A stretch of 53,481 bases of DNA from a virus (Duplodnaviria; Caudoviricetes), in the IMG/VR virus record IMGVR_UViG_3300026283_000082, positions 1 through 53,481 of that record; one strand, written 5' to 3'. Below are positions 36,078 to 45,200 of this stretch, piece by piece (positions within the stretch are counted from its first letter, which is position 1; each line of letters starts with the position of its first letter). The notes under the pieces are model-generated. The model made no database searches, was not told the origin of the DNA, and worked only from the letters and a program-made list of their open reading frames with translations. The position numbers and the translations under genes were made by a program.

Positions 36078-36611
36078 ATGCCCGCCTCCTTTTCCGGCCT
36101 CGGAACCAACCTTCAGAACATTATCCATCGCGGCTCGAACGTGTACGTGTTCGACACGGGCGGCCTCGGCACTCCGTTCATCGACTACGTGAGCGTAGGC
36201 GAGGTGCGAGACGTGGATGTGAAACACACCCCCATCGTCACGAGCAAGTCCACGCGCGGTCGCAAGAAGCAGACAGCCGTGACGGTGATGGGGACGTTCA
36301 CGATGATGCAGACGACCGACAACGAGGTCTCGCAGGTGCCGAAGATTCTCCAAGAGAACCCCTTTGGCACGACCATCAAGTTCTCGACGCGAACCCGCGA
36401 TGCAGCAGAGGCACCGGGGACGGTGTTCAAGGACGCGCTGCTTCAGTACGAGGGGGAAATCAAGGGTGACGGCAACGAGTCGTTCCTCAAGTTCTCGTTC
36501 GAGGCGGAGATCGACGTAGAGGCGCTCGAAACGTTCTTGGCTCCACTGGTCGCGGGCGACGCGCTCATCGGTGACGGGATCGTCGCTGGCGACAAGGTCT
36601 TCATCTTCTAA
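36078..36611 (+). CDS. Putative major tail tube protein
   Basis: 177 aa, beta-rich, strongly biased codon usage, followed by a terminator-like hairpin, upstream of the chaperone and tape measure. Confidence 0.6.
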   Translation: MPASFSGLGTNLQNIIHRGSNVYVFDTGGLGTPFIDYVSVGEVRDVDVKHTPIVTSKSTRGRKKQTAVTVMGTFTMMQTTDNEVSQVPKILQENPFGTTIKFSTRTRDAAEAPGTVFKDALLQYEGEIKGDGNESFLKFSFEAEIDVEALETFLAPLVAGDALIGDGIVAGDKVFIF

Positions 36612-36644
36612 GCCCCATCACCCGCCATTGGCGGGCACAATCTT

Positions 36645-36681
36645 GGCCCCGTCATCCCATAGAGGGCGGCGGGGCCTCTTT
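36645..36681 (+). terminator. Possible intrinsic terminator
   Basis: ggccccgtc...ggcggggcc stem followed by tcttt. Confidence 0.5.
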
Positions 36682-36692
36682 CGTAAGACGCG

Positions 36693-37208
36693 ATGCCCAA
36701 CCGCTTCGGGACATCCGACGTAGATCACTACCCGTGGCTGACCCACGTGGTCATTAGCGTACAGCCGCAGGGAGGCGCAGTTCAGCACAACGTGCTAATG
36801 GCGTCGGGGCTTCAGGTTTGGCTGCGGCCTTTTTTCAAGGGATCGGAAAGCATCGTCACGCTCGTGAGCGGCGAGCGGGTGGAGCCGCCGCGTCACAGGC
36901 GGTTTCATGTGGACTCTATGCTACGGTGGGAGCACCAAGAGCAGTACGAATCGGCCTCGTTCAAGGCGTTGCTTGTGGCGCTCTTAGAGCGGGCCTCATC
37001 AACTTCGGTTTGGTTTTATCCGAGGGCCAACAATGCGCTGACCGGGCCTCACGCGGAGTACGACCCTATCGAAGTCGTCCCCGAACTCTCGAAAGAGCAC
37101 GTGGCAATGGCGTACGAGGCCCGCGTGTTTCAGCGTCCGGCCGAACTGTCACTTCCCGGACGATTTCCGCTACTGGCCTCGGCCATACCCGCGTGGGTCA
37201 AGCGGTAG
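36693..37208 (+). CDS. Hypothetical tail-region protein
   Basis: 171-aa ORF in the structural operon. Confidence 0.65.
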   Translation: MPNRFGTSDVDHYPWLTHVVISVQPQGGAVQHNVLMASGLQVWLRPFFKGSESIVTLVSGERVEPPRHRRFHVDSMLRWEHQEQYESASFKALLVALLERASSTSVWFYPRANNALTGPHAEYDPIEVVPELSKEHVAMAYEARVFQRPAELSLPGRFPLLASAIPAWVKR

Positions 37209-37314
37209 CACGCTGGGGCCGAGGCCTCGCCGCGCGGTAGTGGCGTCCCGCCGCGCCCGTGCTTACCTTCCTCTCACCGCCCTGCTAACCGGCAGCGCCT
37301 CTTTCCACCAGAAG

Positions 37315-37695
37315 ATGCCCCTTCCCGCAAAGAACACCTACGAGATTCAGGGCCACACGTTTGTGCTGGCCCCGACCACGCCCAAGCGCCGCGACGCGCT
37401 TGATGCGCTCATCAAGGCCAAAGACGAAGAGCAGCGCGACTTTGTCGCCGCTGTTTCGGCCGCCGAGTCGGCGGGTGTGTCTTGGGTGAGTCGCCTTGAT
37501 CTTTTGCCCGACCCACCGGACGAGTACCGCTTCTACTTCGACGTTTTTTGCGCCGTGACGGACGGGCCGCATGAAAAGCTGGTTTTCGAGGACTTTGACA
37601 CCAAGGCCGGAGAGGTGGCCCTTCAGGATTTTTTGCCCACGCAGAAGCTGACCGAGCTAAGGCTGATCGGCTTTTTGCCCTTCCCAGTTCAGTAG
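37315..37695 (+). CDS. Tail assembly chaperone (G-like)
   Basis: Upstream of the tape measure gene; start 37315 set by the leader motif; slippery heptamer near the 3' end. Confidence 0.7.
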   Translation: MPLPAKNTYEIQGHTFVLAPTTPKRRDALDALIKAKDEEQRDFVAAVSAAESAGVSWVSRLDLLPDPPDEYRFYFDVFCAVTDGPHEKLVFEDFDTKAGEVALQDFLPTQKLTELRLIGFLPFPVQ

Positions 37696-37910
37696 TCAGA
37701 GAGGGCGGCGCAGACATCAAAGAGCCTGCGTGGGCCAGCTTCCTGCGCATCCTGACACTCGATGACCAGCCGCATCTCGCCCTTTGCCTGCGCGCCGCCG
37801 CCTACAACCCCCTGCTTGCTGCTCAAATCGCCGAACGCTGCACGCTCACGCAGATCGCCGAGGCGCTGATGTACCGCGCGGCCGACCCCAACCCGACACC
37901 TCACTTCTGA
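37629..37910 (+). other. Programmed -1 frameshift site and extension (GT-like chaperone)
   Basis: T TTT TTG at 37629-37635; the -1 frame is open to TGA at 37910, 14 nt before the tape measure start. Confidence 0.7.
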
Positions 37911-37924
37911 CGCCTTAGTCTATC

Positions 37925-40900
37925 GTGGCCGATCCGACTCCCGATGTCGTCATCCGCGCCGCTCTCGAACTGAGGGCGCAGGCCGACCTTGGCTCGCTCA
38001 GTGCGGGCCTTGACGGCACCCTTGTGAAGATGCAGCAGTTGGAGAAGGAGACGGCCAAGCTGGACAAGCTGATTCGGTCAAGGCTCGACAAGGGGGGCAA
38101 TACGGAAACCAAGTTCTTCCGTGGCCTCGTGGAAAGCGCCGAGGCAAAAGCGGCCGAGCTTGATGCCCTGCTCAAGACGTTCTCGGCGCAGCAGCGCACC
38201 GAGCAGGCAGCAATCAAGGGCGCGCTGCGAACAGGCAGCGTGAACATGGAGCAGGCGGCGGCGATGCTGGAGAGTCGCCTTGCGAAGCTTCAATCGCTCA
38301 CCGGGCGGCTCTCGGTGTCGCCAAGGGTGCTCTCTGCCTCGGAGAACGTTTCGAGGCAGCTTGCCCCGATGCAGGTGACGGAAGCGGCTCCGGCGCAGTC
38401 TACCGAAACGGCCCAGACGCGGATTCGCCGCCTCGTGATGGAGACGAATCAGGCTCTTGCCGAGGGCAACATGAAGCGCCTCGATGCTCTTCGCGTTCTT
38501 GGGCAGGAGGTGCAGCAGATCAACGAATCGCTCCGAGCCAGAATCGCGGCCGGAGACCGGGCCGCCAAGCTCTCCGACGACGAGCTTGCGGCCAAAGAGC
38601 GTCTCCTCCAGATGATCCGCCGCATCCGGCGGGAAGAGGATACGGCCGCCAAGAAGGCTTCCCCGACGCCAACCAATACAGCAACACTATCGCCGAATCT
38701 TGCGGGCACAGCATCTTCGCTTACAGCCCTTCAAGGGCAGATACGGAGTCTCCAAGAGGCCGCGCGCCAGCAAAATCTTGCGCCTGAGCAGTCGGCGCAG
38801 CTTGTGCGCCTGCAAGCGGCCCAGCGTGCGCTGGCATCTGGCGGACTCCAGCAGGCCCGCGAGGAGCTTGCGCGCTACCGATCTGACCTTGCCCGCGCCC
38901 TCGATGAGATGGAGGGCAAGAGCAAAAACGTTCAGAACGATATTCGCATTGCGGCGGCGGCCAACTACGAGTCGCAGGTCGAAGGTTTGAGACTTATCAT
39001 CCGACTACTGGAGGAGTCGGGCGCAAAGGCGGCGGGGCTGCACGCCGAGGCCGCGCGCAGCGGCCGCTCGGTGGTGGACGCCTATCAAGGCGACGGGCGA
39101 TTTTCTCCTCGGCGGGGCGAGGGGGCGACATCTGCCAAGGAGCCGGGGCGGAGCTTCGCGCTCAACCTTGGCCGGGGCATCCAAGACGCGGGTATGTTTG
39201 GCTTTGGCGGGGAGTTTACCGCGCAGTCGATGTCGATGGGGTTCATGTCGATCATGAACAACATGGACATGGTCGCTATGGACTGGAGGGCTACGTGGAA
39301 GGCGTCCGAGGGAAGCGCAAATCGCATGGCAACCGTGCTCAAGGGCGTCTTCCTCGGCAGCGGCGGCCTGCTCATTGCAATCAACGCCATCTCGGCGGCC
39401 ATTATGCTGTGGCCTGCTGTGTCCAATGCGATGAAGTCGGCATCAGAGCGCGCGGCTGAGGCGGCCAAGAAGGCGGCTGACGAGGCGGAGCGCGAACTCA
39501 AGGCTCGACTGGCCCAGCAGTCCGTTCAGGTAGCGATGGGTGGTCAGGATGGGGGGAGCCGTTACCTAAATGAACTCAGCCGAGCCTACAGGCAGGCGGA
39601 TTCTTCGGCGGCTGGGCTGGTGAGACGGCAAGAAGAAATCGAGCGCCAACTCAAGGAGATGGCGAGGGTGGCGCGGCAATACAATGATGGAGGGCGAGGC
39701 AACACCCACAGCATGCCCCTTCTGTTCAACCAAGTAAACGAACAGTTCGGGGTGGGCCTCAAACCACAGGAGGTGCCTACCTTTGACAAGCTCGTTGGGG
39801 GCGCTGCCCCTGAGTTTCTTCAGGAGCAGCGCGAGGCGGCCATAGAACTCGTGCGCGAGTACGCGAACGTCGGCGCGGCTCAGGACGAGATACTGGGTGC
39901 GATGGACGAACAAAAGAATCGTTCAGGCGGCACCCGGGACGAACTCCTTCGGAACATCAGGGAGATCGAGATGGGGTACAGGCGTTTTGTGCGCGGCTAC
40001 GCGATGAATGCGCGTGCCGCCGACGACGAGATGCGTCGCAGCGCCCTTGAAACAGCCGTGGAGGTGACGCGCATTCGCAGCGAAGCCAACAAGAAGGATG
40101 TAGGCCTCTACCGGCAGTACCTCTCGGCGCAGCGCGCCCTCCGCGCCCAAGACCGACTGGAGAAGCTTCAGGCGATGAAACAGGAGGTTGAAGAAGCTCG
40201 CAGAATCTACCGAGAGACGCTGGAGAAGATGCGCACAGCGTCTGGTGCAATGATGGAGCAGTATTTGCAGGATGTGCAGGGGCTTGGCATCCGCGCGCGG
40301 ATGCTCATGCAAAGGCTCTCCCTGTTCCAGTTGACGTGGGAGGCGGAAGACGAGACAGACCCCCAAGCCATTGCCGACCGCGAGGAGGCGAACAGAAGGC
40401 GCGAGGAGGCGGAGCGCCGGAGGCAGGAGGCAGCGGAGCGCCGGAGGCAGCGGGAGGACGAGCGGATTCAGGACGTGAGAGACCGCACGGCTCAGCTTGA
40501 CGCTCAAATCGAGGCGCTCACGCAGAGACTTCAGGGGTTTACCGATGACGCTACGGGCACGCAGCAGCAGATTGAGGCGGCCATCTCTCGGTTCCGGGAG
40601 CTTACGGGGGCGCAAAATGTGACTTTCGATACCGAGACAGGCACCATGCCATCCGTCTTCAGCGGCGTTCTTGGCGGCAAGTTGGCCGTTGAGTATCAGA
40701 ACATGGTGGCGCGGTTCAACGACCTCCCCGGCGCGGCGGCCAAGCTTTCTGAGGCCCAGTCCGCGTTCCAGCAGATTATGGAGCGCGCTTACACAAAGCT
40801 GCGGGCCGACATTCTCAACCTTGTGCGTCGGCAAACGGAGATGCGAGCGCAATCGGCGCAGGCGGCGGCGCAGGCGGTGTTTGAAAACGAAGACATTCGT

Positions 40901-42184
40901 TTGCGGGGCATTGAGTCTGAGCTTGCCGCCGAGCTTCGGCTTCGCAACAATCACGCAGCGCAGATTTCGACGCTGAACGCGCAGATAGCTGCCGAGGAGA
41001 GGAAGGTAGACGGCGAACGCAGCGATGACCTGATACGTACGCTCCGCGAACGGGGCCGTCTACTCAGGGATGCGCAAGACCGGGAGATTACCCTTCTCCG
41101 CCGGGGTTTTGTGCAGCAGCGCGAGGACTTTCAAAAGGGCATCCGCGCCATGCTCCGCGAGTCTACGCGCATCCTCGAAGATGCCGAGGCCGAGTCAGAA
41201 AACACCGATGCATCTTCTCGTGGCCTCACGCGCCGCCGGGGCCTGCGCTCTTTTTTGGGCTCGTTTGGGGCTGACCGCGAGGAGCTCTCGCGTCAGATCA
41301 GGGCTATCCGCGCCGAGCGCCTTAGGGCCGCCGAAGACTTGAACCGGGACGAGCGCGAGCAGCAGCAGCAGCGCGCACGCGACGCGCGCGAAGGGCGTCT
41401 TAGCGAGGCGCAAAGCATGGCGCGAGAACTTGCCATCATTCAGACGTTTAGGGAGCGCCGCCTCGCACTGGTCAAGAGGTATGACGACAAAGAGCGCGCG
41501 GCGCAGATCGCCTTTGAACGAGAGCGACAGCAGATCATGCGCTCGTTCCTGCCTGAGACGGCGAAAGTTCTTAGCGAGGCGTGGGAGTCCTACGATCAAA
41601 TGGTCACGAACTCCCGCGTGGAAACCCTTCGCAGGCAGGGGCGCAGCGAGCAGGACGCCACGAAAATCGCCGAGCGCGAGGGTCGCAAGCGGTTTCTGAC
41701 GGGCAAGGCCATTGCCATCGCCGAAACCCTCGTCAGCACGTACTACGCGGCTCAGGAGGCGTTCGCATCGCGCTCCAAGTACGGCACGCTTGCGGCCACG
41801 GCAAGTGCGGCGCTTGCCGTGGCGTCTGGTCTTTCGCGCGTTGCCGCCATTGCCGCCACCACCATCGGTGGGCGTGGCGCTCGTTATCCGGGCGACTCCG
41901 GATCATCTGGTGGTGGCGGCATGGGCATACAAACACAAGGGACTTCGCGCTCGGTTTACGCCTCCGCCCCGCCCACGCCGCTTGCGGGCGCTCAGGCGTC
42001 TCAGCAGGCTGCGGCTAAAAACATGGCCGACGCCGCGTCGCAGGCCGTCAAAGACGTTCTTGCTTCGCACGAAACCGCGCTGAATCGGATCGCAGACCGC
42101 CCTGCCACGGCCGTCGTTTCGCTTGAACAACAAGGCGGACTGGTGGCCTCTGGCGTATCTTACGAACGAGGCATGACCCGGTAG
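37925..42184 (+). CDS. Tape measure protein
   Basis: 1419 aa, Ala/Gln/Glu/Arg-rich helical protein with a hydrophobic segment; follows the chaperone. Confidence 0.85.
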   Translation: MADPTPDVVIRAALELRAQADLGSLSAGLDGTLVKMQQLEKETAKLDKLIRSRLDKGGNTETKFFRGLVESAEAKAAELDALLKTFSAQQRTEQAAIKGALRTGSVNMEQAAAMLESRLAKLQSLTGRLSVSPRVLSASENVSRQLAPMQVTEAAPAQSTETAQTRIRRLVMETNQALAEGNMKRLDALRVLGQEVQQINESLRARIAAGDRAAKLSDDELAAKERLLQMIRRIRREEDTAAKKASPTPTNTATLSPNLAGTASSLTALQGQIRSLQEAARQQNLAPEQSAQLVRLQAAQRALASGGLQQAREELARYRSDLARALDEMEGKSKNVQNDIRIAAAANYESQVEGLRLIIRLLEESGAKAAGLHAEAARSGRSVVDAYQGDGRFSPRRGEGATSAKEPGRSFALNLGRGIQDAGMFGFGGEFTAQSMSMGFMSIMNNMDMVAMDWRATWKASEGSANRMATVLKGVFLGSGGLLIAINAISAAIMLWPAVSNAMKSASERAAEAAKKAADEAERELKARLAQQSVQVAMGGQDGGSRYLNELSRAYRQADSSAAGLVRRQEEIERQLKEMARVARQYNDGGRGNTHSMPLLFNQVNEQFGVGLKPQEVPTFDKLVGGAAPEFLQEQREAAIELVREYANVGAAQDEILGAMDEQKNRSGGTRDELLRNIREIEMGYRRFVRGYAMNARAADDEMRRSALETAVEVTRIRSEANKKDVGLYRQYLSAQRALRAQDRLEKLQAMKQEVEEARRIYRETLEKMRTASGAMMEQYLQDVQGLGIRARMLMQRLSLFQLTWEAEDETDPQAIADREEANRRREEAERRRQEAAERRRQREDERIQDVRDRTAQLDAQIEALTQRLQGFTDDATGTQQQIEAAISRFRELTGAQNVTFDTETGTMPSVFSGVLGGKLAVEYQNMVARFNDLPGAAAKLSEAQSAFQQIMERAYTKLRADILNLVRRQTEMRAQSAQAAAQAVFENEDIRLRGIESELAAELRLRNNHAAQISTLNAQIAAEERKVDGERSDDLIRTLRERGRLLRDAQDREITLLRRGFVQQREDFQKGIRAMLRESTRILEDAEAESENTDASSRGLTRRRGLRSFLGSFGADREELSRQIRAIRAERLRAAEDLNRDEREQQQQRARDAREGRLSEAQSMARELAIIQTFRERRLALVKRYDDKERAAQIAFERERQQIMRSFLPETAKVLSEAWESYDQMVTNSRVETLRRQGRSEQDATKIAEREGRKRFLTGKAIAIAETLVSTYYAAQEAFASRSKYGTLAATASAALAVASGLSRVAAIAATTIGGRGARYPGDSGSSGGGGMGIQTQGTSRSVYASAPPTPLAGAQASQQAAAKNMADAASQAVKDVLASHETALNRIADRPATAVVSLEQQGGLVASGVSYERGMTR

Positions 42185-42210
42185 TAGCCGCGCCGCCTCG
42201 CCACCAGAAG

Positions 42211-45200
42211 ATGATCCTGCTTGCCAAGACATACCGTCTTGACCCCGACGCCGCAACCGGCATCTTCGGGTCGCTGACCATCGAGCAAGTCCCCCTGCTC
42301 GATGTGGTGTCGGTGAGTCCTGTCAAGCGGGCCATCGAGACGGGCGCTGGCGTGTACCGATACGACAGCGTGACGCTCTCGTGCGTGGGCTTGCCGGACG
42401 GCTTCTTTGCACTGCACCAGTACGACGACGCCGCCGAAGTCGTGGACGAGCGTTATCCGTTCGTGGCCGAGGTTCAGTACGGGGACTACTGGGACGACCC
42501 CGGCGGCAAGTGCGTCTTCTACGGGGCACTTCGCGCCGACAGCGTGCGCGAGGACAAGGGCGTGACGACCTTCACGGTCGCCTCATTCGACGCCCTGCTG
42601 GCCGATCTTCCGCCAGTCAAAAGCAGGCCGAGCTACACGTCCTTTGCCAACTACTCGGCGGCCTTTGTAGATACGTTTTCGCTCCGCCCTGATAACCTGC
42701 CTACGGGATTCAGCGCCGTGGTGGGGCGATTCTATGCGAGGATCGCCAACATTGAAGGGCTGCCAGTAGATCACGAGAGGAGCATATGGGCCGTTCTTCG
42801 GGAGGGGTCGGTTCTTTCATGGCAGGCGACCTATCCCTCCGGCGGCACCTCCGACCATCGCCTTGTTGTGTCTCGTGCGGTGCCCGAAGGAACGTTCAAC
42901 AATGCGCTTGTTGAGTGCTTCATGTCTGATTCGGGCCTTTATCTCTCAAAAGGGCCTGTAAATACAAATCAGATTTCGCAGTGGGACGTAATCCGCCCGC
43001 TCTCCCCGAGCCAGCACGACAACACCTACGGCAACTTAGTTATCAAGGTTGCCGCACTTGAGCAGCCCATTCAGAAATATGTCGGGGGAATCTGCCGCTT
43101 TCGACCGCCGGGGTCAGACGTGCACCGTGGGGCCGTTAGGATAGAGAAGGCCGAATATTACAAATACAAGAAGGACGGGAAGGACTTTGTGGACTACGAG
43201 TGGGTGAAAATGTCGGTTATACCGGCAGTTGGCACGCTGCTCCCTGAGTTTGCAATCACGCACGGCGTGAAGGGGGCGCTGGAGTTCATTGACCCTATAC
43301 AGATGCCAACGGGCACTGAGGTCACGGTTCTCTCGCCCTCTATGTATGGGACGGGCGACCCCTACGACGCTTCCAGCCCAAACTACTCGGCCCGAGATGT
43401 TGTCAGGGGCATTATCGCTTCGCATCCGGCCCTGTCCACCTTGATTCCCGACGATGCTGCCACGGCCGTGTCTGTGCGCGGCATGCTTCGCTATATTTCG
43501 CGCCTAATCTCGCTTTCGAGCAAGCCCGCCGAGGCCCTGTCGCAAGTGCAGACCGCATCGGATGCCCTTCTTTGGATCACAGGTGCTACAGAGGCCACGG
43601 GGGCGGCCTCGCGTCTTGCCGGAGGTGCCCGCCGGATTCACACACACCTGCTCTCCCGCGATGAGGCGGCCTCGATGCCAGCCATCACTCTGCCGACACC
43701 TGTCGAGGCTGGAGGGGAGGCCGTGGGCGTGCGCCCTCGTTATGTTGTGATCAAAAGCCCAACGCGCTATAACGAGGTTTCGCTCAATATCCCCGGCACG
43801 ACCAAGATTGTGCGCCGCAAAAAGCGGTTTCTGTTCTGGGAATACGGAGAGACTGGCCCCGGCTTGGGCGTGAAGCAAACACCCGGTGTGGTGTATGACA
43901 CCTACATTGGCTGGTACCCGACCGTAGATGGACTCGGCAACGACATCATACCGCCAGAGCTCGACCAGAACGAAAAGGGCGCTCTGGAGGGAGCCATCGA
44001 GGTGTCGGCGATAGCCGCGCTCCCCGATGGAAGTGGCGATGTCTACACGAGCGGCGACCGCGTGGTACCCAATGACGCGACGTTGCAAACATTGGCGGAG
44101 CGGTATTGGAACCTGTATGGGCGATATTGGAGGCGCTTTACCGTAAAAGTCCTCGGCATTTACGATAGCGTCGAGGATGGTGTGGACGTGCCGTTGCATT
44201 ACGTTGGCGCGAAGGTGCGGTGCGTGACTGGACTGGGCGATCTTGGCAATCAGGTATGGGTCGAGGGTGTTATTCTTTCGTCCGAGGTGGATTATGCTGG
44301 CGGCACGACGACGTTCGTGCTGGCGGCCGAAGGCGCAGAAGACCAGCCTTTGGGGCCGGGCCTCAACCTCCCTCCAATCGCCCGCCTGCTCGCTCCCACT
44401 GTGATTGCCTCTAATCTACCGGCAGGGGCCAGTGGCGATCTTCGAGCCCTCGTTGTGCTGGATGCGAGTGGTAGCATTGATCCAAACGGCGATGCACTCT
44501 CCTTTGAGTGGCGCGTCAACGGTGTTATCGCAGAGGGAGAGGTTACGCCTGTTGTGGAAGTTGTCATCGAGGACGAGGCGGAGGTCAGCGTCAAGGTCGT
44601 AGATGGTGGAGGTCTATTTGCGTCGAAGTCGGCTATTGTCAAGGTCGTGGAGCCTGCCGAGGATGGCCCTCTTGACGTTTCTCATGCGCCCGTGCTTGAC
44701 GTTTCGCTTTCGGGCGAGTCTAATACCCTGACAGCATTTGTGCGCTTAGAGGGGTACAAGATCGCCTCTGACGTGCGGGTGGAGTATTACGAGGTGAGGT
44801 CGGGGTCGGCCACGAGTGTGACGACCTTGACGCATGACACCTTGGTAGATGAGGTGATCGAGGTAGATCGCCCTGAACCCGGACGCATCGTCAACTTCTT
44901 TGCCCGCGCTGTCGATGCGACGCGGGGTATCGTGGGTGAGTGGCGCACGCTCGCGGTCGGCCGCAATCCCGCAGCCGAAATCACTCAGGCTTCAGCCATT
45001 GTGGACGGCCCTTCGTCGGTGCGCGTGACGTGGCGTGGTGACACCGACACGGCGTCTGTGCGCCTTGAACTGTACCGCCACGCTGCCGGAACGTCCCTGC
45101 CCGGATTGCCTACGGCCACGCAGATGGGCGCGGCAACAGGTACGGCGACGATTCCGCTTGGCGGCTCTACGCTCTCAGCCTCCGAGGTCGTAGATGTTCG

